Positions 45,665 to 55,355 of a stretch of 64,000 bases of DNA are shown here, piece by piece. How positions within the stretch are numbered: the stretch's first letter is position 1; each line of letters begins with the position of its first letter. Under the pieces are notes generated by a model. The model did no database searches. It had not been told where the DNA came from and worked only from the letters and a program-made list of their open reading frames with translations. The stretch is from Actinomycetes bacterium (GTDB taxonomy: Bacteria; Actinomycetota; Actinomycetes; JACCUZ01), in the NCBI GenBank assembly GCA_038246545.1, contig JBBRVW010000005.1, positions 21,729 to 85,728 on the forward strand. The letters run 5' to 3'. The translations under genes and the position numbers were made by a program.

Positions 45665-46132
45665 ATGTCGACGGGGGACACCACGCCGGGGGCGCGCGCG
45701 TCCGCGGCCCCGGTGCACGTCGCACCCGCGGTGTCCATCGGCGTGCCGCACGAGCGGACCGGAGTAAGGCTGGCGCGGCACGCCTTCGCCGACCAGGTCA
45801 GCGCGGCCGGTGTCGAGGATGATGCCCGGGATGACGCGATGCTGGTGCTCTCCGAGCTCGTGAGCAACGCGGTGAAGCACGCAGCGCCGCTCCCGAGCGG
45901 TGAGATCACGGTGCGCTGGAGCGTCGACGACGAGGTCCTGCACCTCGAGATCACCGACGGGGGAGCGAGCACCCGGCCCCGTGCCGGCGTCGCCGCACTG
46001 TCTGCCCTCGGCGGTCGCGGTCTGGACATCGTCCGCAGCGTCAGCCGGCACTGGGGGGTCACCGAGTCGGAAGGGTCGGTGACCGTCTGGGCGGAGGTGC
46101 CCCGCGGCGCCACCCGCCCGTCCACCTCCTAG
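45665..46132 (+). CDS. HATPase_c_2 ATP-binding protein (RsbW/anti-sigma-like)
   Basis: LSELVSNAVKH, ITDGG, GGRGLDIV, WGV, VWAE. Confidence 0.9.
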   Translation: MSTGDTTPGARASAAPVHVAPAVSIGVPHERTGVRLARHAFADQVSAAGVEDDARDDAMLVLSELVSNAVKHAAPLPSGEITVRWSVDDEVLHLEITDGGASTRPRAGVAALSALGGRGLDIVRSVSRHWGVTESEGSVTVWAEVPRGATRPSTS

Positions 46133-46206
46133 CGCCGCCTGCACGCCCGGGCGCCCCCAGTAGGGTGCCGGCGTCCCCCAGAAGCCCACCCCCGGAGCCG
46201 CGCAGC

Positions 46207-47175
46207 ATGGGCAAGAAGTCGACCCGTCGCCGTACGGTCCGCGAAGTCGGGGCCCCCGCGACGGCCGGTGACGTCCCGGTCGTCAACGCTCGCGAGCCCT
46301 GTCCCTGCGGGTCCGGGCGTCGTTACAAGGCCTGCCACGGCCGCTCCGCTGGCGAGGCCGCCGAGGCCTACGTCGCGCGCCCGTTCGTGGGGCTGGCCGG
46401 CGAGTGCGACTGGGTCGCCATGCGCGAGGTCGTCCCGGCTGCCACCGCGTCCCTCACGCTGGCCGGCGAGCACGCCGGGCGGCAGGCGACGCTCGCCACG
46501 GTGCTGCCGATGGCCTGGCCCGGGCTGGTCCGGCAGGACGGCGAGCTCTTCGTCGGGCTGCAGGTGCCCGGCGGCTCCGGCGACGCCAACCGCGACGTGG
46601 CGCACGCCCTCGAGCTGGGCCTGGCGGCCGAGCCGGGCACCCCGATCGCCCCCAGCGCGCTGCCCGGGCCCGGCGCCCGGCTGCAGGACCTGCTCGACAC
46701 GACGGTGCCGCTGCAGGTGACGGTCCACGACGGGTTCGACTTCTGGCTTGAGGGGGTCGAGGACCGCAGCCCCGACGTGGTCGCGTCGATGGAGCGGGCC
46801 AACGAGGCGGTGGTGCCGACCGTGCGGCTGACCTCGGTTCAGGCGGCGTACTGGTGCCGGATCCGGGAGCGGCACCACCTGCGCTGGGTGGTGCCGCACG
46901 AGGAGGACACGCTGCTCGACGCCCTGGCCCGGCTGCACGCAACGGGCGCGGACACCCTGGGTGAGGGCTCGCGGTACGTCGGCTCGTTCCGGGCGCACGG
47001 CCTGGTCGTCCCGGTGTGGGACCTGGCGCCCGGCACGTCGGCCGAGTCGCTGGAGGAGCCGGTCGACGCGTTCGCCGGCCGGCTCGACGACGCCCTGGCC
47101 GACACCGCACCGCTCACGGCGGCGGCCCGCCGGGCCCGCGACGGCCTCCGCAGCCGTCAGCTCACGCTGCGCTGA
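46207..47175 (+). CDS. DUF5926 family protein with SEC-C motif
   Basis: CPCGSGRRYKACHG, RPFVGLAGECDWVAMRE, LRWV, GSFRAHGLVVPVWDL, SRQLTLR. Confidence 0.88.
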   Translation: MGKKSTRRRTVREVGAPATAGDVPVVNAREPCPCGSGRRYKACHGRSAGEAAEAYVARPFVGLAGECDWVAMREVVPAATASLTLAGEHAGRQATLATVLPMAWPGLVRQDGELFVGLQVPGGSGDANRDVAHALELGLAAEPGTPIAPSALPGPGARLQDLLDTTVPLQVTVHDGFDFWLEGVEDRSPDVVASMERANEAVVPTVRLTSVQAAYWCRIRERHHLRWVVPHEEDTLLDALARLHATGADTLGEGSRYVGSFRAHGLVVPVWDLAPGTSAESLEEPVDAFAGRLDDALADTAPLTAAARRARDGLRSRQLTLR

Positions 47176-47349
47176 TTTGGGGATGGGCCTGGCGCCTGCA
47201 CCGTCACCCTCATGATCCTTTGCGCGTGGACACACCGGACGTGCGGCCTGTCGGTTGAGCGGGCGCACGAAGGATCTTCTCCCGGTGGCCGCGGCCACCG
47301 GTCTGTCATCGATCGGTGAAAAAGTGACCCGCGAGCCGGGCGGTTCGCC

Positions 47350-47377
47350 TTGCGCGGCCTGGTGTCTCGGATATCGT
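47350..47377 (+). promoter_or_regulatory. SigA-type promoter with no downstream CDS
   Basis: TTGCGC (47350-55), 16-nt spacer, TATCGT (47372-77), pointing into the hairpin below. Confidence 0.45.
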
Positions 47378-47383
47378 TGCCGA

Positions 47384-47434
47384 CAGGCCCGAGCGCTGCT
47401 GCATCCCCCGTCGGTTGCGCTCGGGCCGTTTCAT
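47384..47434 (+). ncRNA. Candidate small RNA (stem-loop with C-rich loop)
   Basis: Perfect 11-bp stem GGCCCGAGCGC/GCGCTCGGGCC enclosing TGCTGCATCCCCCGTCGGTT, followed by GTTTC, directly downstream of a promoter. Confidence 0.45.
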
Positions 47435-47460
47435 GTCCCCAGTCAGGATGCCTCCTGACA

Positions 47461-47488
47461 ACGAAATCCGTCGTCCACGACGGTTCGT
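47461..47488 (-). terminator. Hairpin downstream of arcA
   Basis: ACGAA-at-CCGTCG-tcca-CGACGG-TTCGT, about 30 nt past the arcA stop. Confidence 0.45.
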
Positions 47489-47520
47489 GAGAATGGGATC
47501 GGTCGGACCTGGTCGATGGG

Positions 47521-48753
47521 TCAGACGGGTAGCGCCTCGCGGCTGATGGGGCACGACATGCAGCGCGGGCCGCCCCGGCCGCTGCCCAGCTCGGAGCCGG
47601 CGATCCGGACCACCTCGATGCCGGCCTCCTCGAGCCGGGCGTTGGTCTCCACGTTGCGCTCGTACGCCACTGCCAGACGCGGGCCGATGGCGAGGGTGTT
47701 GTTGCCGTCGTCCCACTGCTCCCGCTCGGCCGTCACCGGGTCGAGCCCGGTGTCGATGATCCGCAGGGTGTCGATGCCCATCGCCTTCGCCGCGGCCACC
47801 AGGAACGGCTCCGGGCCGTCGACGTGCAGCCCGCCCCCGTCCGTGACGGTGAAGGCCTGGAGCGTGTCGGCGATGTTGGGGTACATCACCACGGCGTCCA
47901 CGTCGACCATCGTGCAGACGGTGTCGAGGTGCATCGTCGCCCGCTCCTGCGCGATCGGGACCGCGAGGACCGTGGTCGCGAGGCCGCGGTCGAAGACCGT
48001 GCGCGCCAGCCGCTCGGCGCCCGCCGGTGTGGTGCGCTCGCCGACGCCCACGGCGACGACGCCGGGGGACAGCAGCAGCACGTCGCCGCCCTCGACCGGC
48101 TCGTTCTCCGGGCCGTGGACCAGCTCGGTGCCGGCGAACCGCGGGTGGTGCCGGTAGATCGCCCGGGTGAGCGTCGTCTCGCGCTCGCGGGCCGGCATCG
48201 CGAGGCTCGTGACCGCGACCCGGTCCCGGATCCACACGCTCGAGTCGCGGGTGAACAGCAGGTTCGGCAGCGGGTCGATGACGAAGTCGTGCCGGTCCAT
48301 CAACCGATAGACCAGACCGCCGACCGGCGCGATCTCCTCGTGCGCCAGCCCGGCCATGAGGGCGCCCGCCAGGTCGGTGGGGTGCAGCCCGCCCAGGTAC
48401 GACGCGACGAAGCCGTGCAGCGTCTCGCCCAGCCGCGGGTCGCGCAGCACCGCGTCGATCGCCTCGGTGCGCGCGGCCTCGACCTCGAGCGCCGTCGCCA
48501 GCAGGTCGGCGAGGTAGAGCACCTCGACGTCACGGTCGCGCAGCGCCTGGGCGAACGCGTCGTGCTCGTCCTGCGCCCGGCCGACCCAGGGGATGCCGTC
48601 GAACAGCAGCTTGTCGTTGTTGCGCGGCGTGAGCCGCTTGAGCTCCGGGCCGGGCCGGTGCAGCAGCACCGTGCGCAGCCGGCCCACCTCGCTGTCGACG
48701 CCGAGGGGGGCGGGAGCGCGCTCGTCGGCCGCGCGGGCGGGGGTCTCGCTCAT
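47521..48753 (-). CDS. arcA: Arginine deiminase
   Basis: [50 protein letters not shown]. Confidence 0.96.
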   Translation of the reverse strand: MSETPARAADERAPAPLGVDSEVGRLRTVLLHRPGPELKRLTPRNNDKLLFDGIPWVGRAQDEHDAFAQALRDRDVEVLYLADLLATALEVEAARTEAIDAVLRDPRLGETLHGFVASYLGGLHPTDLAGALMAGLAHEEIAPVGGLVYRLMDRHDFVIDPLPNLLFTRDSSVWIRDRVAVTSLAMPARERETTLTRAIYRHHPRFAGTELVHGPENEPVEGGDVLLLSPGVVAVGVGERTTPAGAERLARTVFDRGLATTVLAVPIAQERATMHLDTVCTMVDVDAVVMYPNIADTLQAFTVTDGGGLHVDGPEPFLVAAAKAMGIDTLRIIDTGLDPVTAEREQWDDGNNTLAIGPRLAVAYERNVETNARLEEAGIEVVRIAGSELGSGRGGPRCMSCPISREALPV

Positions 48754-48856
48754 GGCCGGAAGGGTAGCCGTGGCGCGCCGTCGCGTCCCCCGGCGTTGTG
48801 GCGCAGGTCACCCGCCCGGCGCGGGCTGGTCCGGTCCGGCCCGGTCGTCGGCAACC

Positions 48857-50806
48857 ATGGACCGGATGCGTCGCGTCCCCGTCCTCGTCCTCACCGCCGC
48901 CGTCACCGCGGCCGCGGTGGTCGGCGTGCAGGCGGCGACGGTCCTCGACCGGCCGGGCCCCGAGCCGGTACCGAGGGTTCGCACGGTCACCCGCTGCCCG
49001 GACGGGCCGGTCCTGGTGACCGACCGCCCGGTCCCGCTGGTCGCCGACCTGGCCACGGTGGTGGTGCGCGACAGCCCGTCGAGGGCGGCGCTGCTGGCCG
49101 GCGCCGACCAGGTGCTCGCGGGCACCATCCCGGTCGTCCGGCCGCGCCCGGTCCCGGGCGAGGACCGGCTGCGGTACCTCTACGACGCCGGCGTCGCGCT
49201 CCGCCGGGTCGTCGGCGTCCTCGGCTACGCCTACGCCGCCACAGACGACCCTCGCTACCTGGACGCCATGGCCGCGCAGACCGTCCGCGCCGCGCGCTGG
49301 CCCGACTGGAACCAGCTGCCGGGTGGCCACCCCCTCGACACCGCGCAGGTCGGCACCGCGGTGGCCCTCGGCTACGCCTGGTCGCGCACCCGGATGTCGA
49401 CCGGCGAGCGGGTCGAGGTGCTGGCCGCGCTCGAGACCCGACTGGTGTCGCCGTACGTCTGCGGGGCCGGCGGGCTCGCCGCCCGTCGGGACGGCGACGG
49501 CAACCAGGCCACGGTCGTCGGGGCGGCCGTGCTGCTCGCCGGGCTCGCGGCGCGCGGCGAGCGCAGCTGGGCGGACCAGGCGGTGCAGAGCGGCTCGGCG
49601 GCCCTGGGCCGGCACGCGGCCACGGACGGGTCCGGCCGGTCGCTCGCCGACGGTCCGACCGACGAGGGGCTGATGTACACGAACTACGAGGCGGCCAGCG
49701 TCGCGCTGCTCGACGCCACGGTGCGGGCCACCCGTGGCCAGCCGGAACTGACGCGCCGGCTCGCCGCCGCCCTGCCGTCGCTCGACGCGCTGGCGTCGTG
49801 GAACGAGCACTGCGGGCGGGTCGTCGAGCCCGCGGTGCAGGACGGCTGGGACCTCTACCCGTGGGTCGACCGCACCACGGCGCTGGCCGACATGGCGCGC
49901 TACCCGGACTCGGGGCCGCGGCTGCTCGGGCTGTACGAGGCCCTGCAGGCGCGCGGCCGGCTGACGCTGCCCGGGGTCGGGGAGTGGGCGGTGCCCGACG
50001 GCATCGCGGAGCTGGTCCGGTCCCAGCTGACGCCGGGTACTGCCGCGCCCGCGGCACCGCCGGACCTGCACGTGGCCGGCGGGTCCGCCTCGGCGCGGTC
50101 CTACGGCTGCGCGACGGCCGGCGACACGTACGCGCTCGTGACCGCGGTGCCCAACGACTCCCCGCACGCGCACGCCGACGTCGGCAACGTGGTCGTGAAG
50201 CAGGGCGAGACGACGCTGCTCGACGACCTCGGGCAGCGCAGCTACGCGTTCACCGGCAGCCCTGTGTGGCGGGCGTCGACCGAGGCCCACAGCACCGTCG
50301 GGGTCGGGCAGCCCGACGGCACGGTGCTGCAGCACCGGTCCGGGGCCGGGGCCGTGACCGTCGACGGCACCGACCTGGTCATGACCTCGACGTCGGCCCT
50401 GCCGGGCGTCGCCAGCTGGCAGCGCCGGGTCACCGTGGCCGACGGCGCGGTCCGGGTCCGCGACGACGTGACGTCCTCGGCGGGCGCGAGCGTGCCGCTG
50501 TCGGCGTCGTTCCTGCTCGCCGCCCCGCCGTCCGCTGTCGCGCAGCTGCCCGACGGCACCCTGCATCTCACCGTGGCCGACGGCTCGTCGTGGGTGCTCG
50601 TGCCGCCGTCGGGGGTGACGGTCACGCTGTCGGACGCGTCGCCCAGGCCGCCGTACGTCGACGCCCCGGACCTCGCCGCGGCCGCCGCGGGGCACACCCT
50701 CGTCGTCCTGCGCCGCGACGTCGCCGGCAGTGCCGAGCTGACCACGGAGCTGCACCGGGTCTACCCCACGACAACCGGCGCGACGGTGGCCGCGCCACCT
50801 GGCTAG
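48857..50806 (+). CDS. Secreted heparinase II/III-like protein
   Basis: Signal peptide, HPLDTAQ, GNQ, EGLMY, HAHADVGN, STEAHSTV, WQRRV. Confidence 0.72.
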   Translation: MDRMRRVPVLVLTAAVTAAAVVGVQAATVLDRPGPEPVPRVRTVTRCPDGPVLVTDRPVPLVADLATVVVRDSPSRAALLAGADQVLAGTIPVVRPRPVPGEDRLRYLYDAGVALRRVVGVLGYAYAATDDPRYLDAMAAQTVRAARWPDWNQLPGGHPLDTAQVGTAVALGYAWSRTRMSTGERVEVLAALETRLVSPYVCGAGGLAARRDGDGNQATVVGAAVLLAGLAARGERSWADQAVQSGSAALGRHAATDGSGRSLADGPTDEGLMYTNYEAASVALLDATVRATRGQPELTRRLAAALPSLDALASWNEHCGRVVEPAVQDGWDLYPWVDRTTALADMARYPDSGPRLLGLYEALQARGRLTLPGVGEWAVPDGIAELVRSQLTPGTAAPAAPPDLHVAGGSASARSYGCATAGDTYALVTAVPNDSPHAHADVGNVVVKQGETTLLDDLGQRSYAFTGSPVWRASTEAHSTVGVGQPDGTVLQHRSGAGAVTVDGTDLVMTSTSALPGVASWQRRVTVADGAVRVRDDVTSSAGASVPLSASFLLAAPPSAVAQLPDGTLHLTVADGSSWVLVPPSGVTVTLSDASPRPPYVDAPDLAAAAAGHTLVVLRRDVAGSAELTTELHRVYPTTTGATVAAPPG

Positions 50807-50816
50807 CGTGCCCTGC

Positions 50817-51737
50817 ATGGCGACCTTCACAGTGCGCGACGCGGGCGTCGGCGACTTCCCGGCCGCTGCGGCGATCCGGGCCGCGAACGAGCCGGACCGC
50901 ATCATCAGCACGGAGGGCATGACGGTCTGGATGGGCGACCTGCCGGAGCGCGCCGCGCTCGGCAGCTGGCTCGCGGCGGATGACGGCGGGCCGGTCGGGT
51001 GGGCGATGGCGATGCGGTCCTGGACCCAGCCCGACGACGGCATCGGCTCGGTCGACGTCGTCGTCGCACCGGGCCGCCAGCGCGAGGGGGTCGGCACCGT
51101 CCTCGCCGAGCGCGTCCGGCAGCACTGCACCGACCTCGGCCTGCACACGGTGCGCGCCATGTCCCTCGACACCGCCTCGGCGCGGGCGATGGCGGCCCGG
51201 CACGGGTTCCGCGAGACGTTCGCGTCGACGACCTCGACGGTCGACCCCCGGACCGTCTCCCCCGGCCCGGTCCCGCCGGGCGTCCGGCTGGTGCCGTTCG
51301 CCGACCTCGACGATCCGGCGCCGGTCTTCGCGCTCGACCTCGAGGTCTCGCAGGACGTTCCCGGCGACGAGAGCTTCGAGTCGATGACGCTGGCGGACTG
51401 GTCGGCGCGGTTCTGGCGCTCGCCGGTGGTCGACGACGACTGCAGCCTGCTGCTCTACGTCGGCGACGAGCCCGCCGGGCTGACGCTGCTGCGCGTCGAC
51501 CGGCCGACCGGCCGGGCCCACAACAACATCACCGGCGTTCGGCGCGCGCATCGTGGCCGCGGGCTGGCCAGGCTGCTGAAGTCGCACAGCCTGCACCGGG
51601 CCGGCGAGCTCGGAGTCACCGTGGCGGCCACCGACAACGACGAGACCAACGCGCCGATGCTCGCCGTCAACACCACGCTCGGCTACCGCCCGTCGTCGCG
51701 CCGGGTCGAGTGGGAACGCGGACCGCGCGACGCATAA
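50817..51737 (+). CDS. Tandem GNAT acetyltransferase
   Basis: Two GNAT motif-A sites (RQREGVGT, HRGRGLA); NDETNAPMLAVNTTLGY. Confidence 0.88.
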   Translation: MATFTVRDAGVGDFPAAAAIRAANEPDRIISTEGMTVWMGDLPERAALGSWLAADDGGPVGWAMAMRSWTQPDDGIGSVDVVVAPGRQREGVGTVLAERVRQHCTDLGLHTVRAMSLDTASARAMAARHGFRETFASTTSTVDPRTVSPGPVPPGVRLVPFADLDDPAPVFALDLEVSQDVPGDESFESMTLADWSARFWRSPVVDDDCSLLLYVGDEPAGLTLLRVDRPTGRAHNNITGVRRAHRGRGLARLLKSHSLHRAGELGVTVAATDNDETNAPMLAVNTTLGYRPSSRRVEWERGPRDA

Positions 51738-51747
51738 GGTCGCCGGC

Positions 51748-52677
51748 ATGTCCCTACTCGACGGCAAGGTCGCGATCGTCACCGGCGCAGGGCGCGGCAT
51801 CGGCCGCGGCGAGGCGCTCGAGCTGGCCCGTGCAGGCGCCCGGGTCGTCGTCAACGAGCTCGACGCCGACGCCGGCCGGGCCGTGGTCGACGAGATCACC
51901 GCCGCCGGTGGTGAGGCGGTGCTCGACACCGGCGACTGCTCGGAGGAGGCCACCGCCGCCGGCCTGATCACGACCGCGCTGGACACCTGGGGCAAGCTCG
52001 ACGCGCTGGTCAACAACGCCGGCATCCTGCGCGACCGCACCGTCGCGAAGATGTCGGTCGAGGAGTGGGACTCTGTCATCAGGGTGCACCTGCGCGGCCA
52101 CTTCCTCCCCACCCGGGCCGCCTGCGCGCACTGGAAGGACACCGGCACCGGCGGACGGATCGTGTGCACCGCGTCGTCGTCGGGCCTGCTCGGCAACTTC
52201 GGCCAGACCAACTACGGCGCGGCCAAGGCCGGCATCGCGGCGTTCTCGACGATCGTGGCGATGGAGATGGCCCGCTACGGCGTGCGGTGCAACGCGATCG
52301 CGCCTGCCGCGCGCACGCGCATGACCGAGTCGGCGTACGGCGCCTCCAAGGACCCGTCCGGTCCCGATCAGAGCGGGGACGAGGCCGATGTCTTCGACTT
52401 CTGGCACCCGGACAACGTCGCGCCGCTGGTCGCCTACCTGTGCAGCGACGCGGCCGGCACGACCAGCGGCAAGGTCTTCGGCGTGCAGGGCGACGCGGTC
52501 GAGCTGTACCAGCCGTTCACCTCGGCTGCCGTGATCCAGAACCACGACACCCGGTTCACCGCCGAGGGCATCGCGGCCCGCGCGCACGAGCTGTTCGAGG
52601 CCAGCGGCATCAACCCCGAGGTCGAGAACATGATGGCCAAGCTGCGCTTCACCATGACCGACCGCGCCGACCTCTGA
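51748..52677 (+). CDS. SDR oxidoreductase (3-hydroxyacyl/oxoacyl dehydrogenase-like)
   Basis: VTGAGRGIG, VNNAGILRD, GNFGQTNYGAAKAG, AIAPAARTRMT. Confidence 0.92.
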   Translation: MSLLDGKVAIVTGAGRGIGRGEALELARAGARVVVNELDADAGRAVVDEITAAGGEAVLDTGDCSEEATAAGLITTALDTWGKLDALVNNAGILRDRTVAKMSVEEWDSVIRVHLRGHFLPTRAACAHWKDTGTGGRIVCTASSSGLLGNFGQTNYGAAKAGIAAFSTIVAMEMARYGVRCNAIAPAARTRMTESAYGASKDPSGPDQSGDEADVFDFWHPDNVAPLVAYLCSDAAGTTSGKVFGVQGDAVELYQPFTSAAVIQNHDTRFTAEGIAARAHELFEASGINPEVENMMAKLRFTMTDRADL

Positions 52678-52691
52678 AGGCTGCCACGTGG

Positions 52692-53300
52692 TCAGAGCGT
52701 GGTGACGACGTCGTACGCGGCGACGGCGGCGAGGACGAGGCACACGACGGCGCCGACCCGGCGGATCGTCGACAGGCGCACGTGACGCAGCAGGGTCCGG
52801 CCGAGGACGACGGCGAGGCCGGCGACCACCACCAGCGCGAGCCACGAGCCGGCGAAGACGCTGACCGGGTCGTGGTAGCGCGCGGCGAGCCCGGCGGTGA
52901 GCAGCTGCGACAGGTCACCCCACTCGGCCAGGAACAGGATGCCGAAGCTCGTCGCGGCCGCCCGCAGGCCGGTGACCTCGCGGGTCGCCTTCGCCGCGAA
53001 CTCGGCCTCCTCCTCGGCTTCCTTCGCATCCGCCTTGGCGGCGCCGCGGCACAGCAGGACACCGCCTGTCAGGAACAGGAGGCCGGCAACGCCCGCGACC
53101 ACGGCCTGCGGCAGCAGCGACAGCAGCGAGCCTGCGGTCACCGCGACCAGCGACTGCACGAGGAACGCCGCGGAGACGCCGATCCACACCGGCAGCGGCC
53201 GGTATCGGGTGGCCAGCACGAGCGACGCGACGAAGGTCTTGTCGGGCAGCTCCACCGGGAAGATCAGAGCGAACGCTGTCGCGACGACGGCGAGGTCCAC
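52692..53300 (-). CDS. TMEM165/GDT1 (UPF0016) family cation transporter
   Basis: Twin motifs ELPDKT and EWGDLSQ; six TM segments. Confidence 0.9.
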   Translation of the reverse strand: MDLAVVATAFALIFPVELPDKTFVASLVLATRYRPLPVWIGVSAAFLVQSLVAVTAGSLLSLLPQAVVAGVAGLLFLTGGVLLCRGAAKADAKEAEEEAEFAAKATREVTGLRAAATSFGILFLAEWGDLSQLLTAGLAARYHDPVSVFAGSWLALVVVAGLAVVLGRTLLRHVRLSTIRRVGAVVCLVLAAVAAYDVVTTL

Positions 53301-53301
53301 G

Positions 53302-54507
53302 TCAGGCGAGGCCCTGGGCGGCCGCGACCGCTGCGGCGAGCACAGCCTTGACCGGCCGGCCCAGCCGGGCCGCCGCCGCCGCCACGTCGTCGTACTCCGG
53401 CGAGACGTTGACGACGGCCCCGTCGAGACGGGCCAACTTCACCGCGATCTCGCACCCGTCGACCTGCACGGTGCGCAGCTCGCGGTCCAGCGACCGCTTG
53501 CCGACCCGGTGCTCGCGGACGCCGATCGTCGTGCTCTCCGTGAACACGACGCGGCGCACGGCGGTGAGTGCGGCCGGTGGCGACAGCACCGACAGGGTGT
53601 GGGCCGGCCGGCCCTTCTTCATCAGGATCGGCGTGAGCCACGCGTCCGAGGCGCCGGCTGCGAGCAGGGCAGCGAGAACAGCCGGCCAGACCCGCGGGTC
53701 GAGGTCGTCGACGTTGGCATCGAGGACGACGGCGGTCTCGTCGGCCCAGCCGCCGGGCGCGTCCCCGGCCGGCTCACCGAGCACCACCCGCACCACGTTC
53801 GCCCGGCCGTCCGGGTCGCGACCACCCGCCCCGGTGCCGGTGGCGAGGACCGACATCGCCGGCACCGGCCCCCAGTCGGTGACCACGGACGCGAGCAGTG
53901 CGGCGCCGGTCGGGGTGCACGCCTCGCCGTCGGCCGAACCGGCCACGACCGGCGCTCCCGTGCCGGCGAGCACGCCGAGGACCGCGGGGACCGGGACGGG
54001 GAGGACGCCGTGGGCGGTCCGGACCTCACCGCGGCCGAGCGCCACCGGCGAGCAGCGGACCTCGGTCACGCCGAGGTCGTGCAGGGCCGCGCTGACGCCG
54101 ACGACGTCCGCCAGCGAGTCGAGCGCGCCGACCTCGTGGAAGTGCACCTGCTCCGGGTCGATGCCGTGCGCCGTGCCCTCGGCGCGGGCCAGCCTGGCGA
54201 ACACGTCCAGCGCGCGGTCGCGCACCGGCACGGCCAGGCCGGCGCGCTCGACCATGGCGCGGACGTCGGGCCAGGTGCGGAGTGCGTCGCTCGGTGCCAC
54301 CGTGACGTCGACCTTGGTCGCCGCGAGCCCCGCGCGCGTGACCTGGCGCCGGACCAGCCGCACCGGCTCCGCACCGAGCCCGTCGACCGCTGCCTGCAGC
54401 ACCGCGAGATCGGCCCCGGCCCCGACCAGGGCGCCGAGCAGCATGTCGCCGGACGCCCCCGCCGAGGCGTCCACCCAGAGCAGCATCCGGCCCGGGGCGC
54501 CAGTCAT
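53302..54507 (-). CDS. larC: Nickel-pincer cofactor nickel insertase
   Basis: GASGDMLLGAL, VHFHEVGALDS, AHGVLPVPVPA, TPTGAA, NVDD, MKKGRP, STTIGVR, PEYDD. Confidence 0.93.
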   Translation of the reverse strand: MTGAPGRMLLWVDASAGASGDMLLGALVGAGADLAVLQAAVDGLGAEPVRLVRRQVTRAGLAATKVDVTVAPSDALRTWPDVRAMVERAGLAVPVRDRALDVFARLARAEGTAHGIDPEQVHFHEVGALDSLADVVGVSAALHDLGVTEVRCSPVALGRGEVRTAHGVLPVPVPAVLGVLAGTGAPVVAGSADGEACTPTGAALLASVVTDWGPVPAMSVLATGTGAGGRDPDGRANVVRVVLGEPAGDAPGGWADETAVVLDANVDDLDPRVWPAVLAALLAAGASDAWLTPILMKKGRPAHTLSVLSPPAALTAVRRVVFTESTTIGVREHRVGKRSLDRELRTVQVDGCEIAVKLARLDGAVVNVSPEYDDVAAAAARLGRPVKAVLAAAVAAAQGLA

Positions 54508-55268
54508 GTCGGGGCCGCTGCCCGGCGGGCGACCCGGGCGGCGAACACCCCGGCGCCGAAGCCGTTGTCGATGTTGCACACGGCGACGCCGGGCGCGCAC
54601 GAGTTGAGCATCGCCAGCAGTGCCGCCAGGCCGCCGTACGACGCGCCGTAGCCGACCGAGGTGGGCACGGCCACCAACGGGACCCCCGTCAGGCCGCCGA
54701 CGACGCTGGGCAGCGCGCCCTCCATGCCGGCCACCACCACGAGGCAGTCGGCGTCGTCGAGCTCGGCGCGCACCGCCATCAGCCGGTGCAGCCCGGCGAC
54801 CCCGACGTCGTCGACGCGACGTACGCCGGCCCCGAAGGCCCGCGCCACGAACGCCGCCTCCGCGGCCACCGGGCCGTCGGACGTGCCCGCCGCGACGACG
54901 CAGACCGTGCCGCGCGGCTCCGGCAGGACACCGATCGCGACCGCGCGGGCGACCGGGTCGACCAGCGCCTCCGGGAAGGCGGCGAGGACGGCGTCAGTGG
55001 TCGCGTCCGGCAGCCGGGTGGCAACGGCCCGGTCGCCGTGGTCGACCAGCGCACGCAGGATGGCCACCGTCTGCTCCGGCGTCTTTCCGGCGGCGTAGAC
55101 CACCTCCGGGTCGCCGGTGCGGACACCGCGGTGGGTGTCGACGCGGGCGAAGCCGAGGTCCAGGGCGCCGTGCATCGGCCCGTCGGCGAGCCGCTCGACG
55201 GCCGCGTCCACGTCGACGCCGCCGGCGGCCACCTCGCGCAGCAGCGACGTCAGCTCGGCGCGGTCCAC
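54504..55268 (-). CDS. larB: Nickel-pincer cofactor carboxylase/hydrolase
   Basis: ARVDTHR, AGTSD, DVGVAGLHRL, AGMEGALPSV, PTSVGYG, MLNSC, NIDNGFGA. Confidence 0.93.
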   Translation of the reverse strand: MDRAELTSLLREVAAGGVDVDAAVERLADGPMHGALDLGFARVDTHRGVRTGDPEVVYAAGKTPEQTVAILRALVDHGDRAVATRLPDATTDAVLAAFPEALVDPVARAVAIGVLPEPRGTVCVVAAGTSDGPVAAEAAFVARAFGAGVRRVDDVGVAGLHRLMAVRAELDDADCLVVVAGMEGALPSVVGGLTGVPLVAVPTSVGYGASYGGLAALLAMLNSCAPGVAVCNIDNGFGAGVFAARVARRAAAPT

Positions 55269-55355
55269 ACCGCGCAATCTAGTTGCCGCGCGCCGGCACC
55301 CCGACCGGCGGCCGGTAACGTGCGCACCTCCCGCCCCGCCACCCCGAGGACACCC

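Noticed and set aside
50817-51737. GNAT as the missing PseH
   Set aside because: It is a tandem-GNAT architecture with its own promoter, more than 7 kb outside the cluster, and unlike the single-domain RimL-type PseH. It cannot be fully excluded.
52692-53320. yybP-ykoY manganese riboswitch upstream of the UPF0016 gene
   Set aside because: There is no intergenic space; the gene abuts larC.
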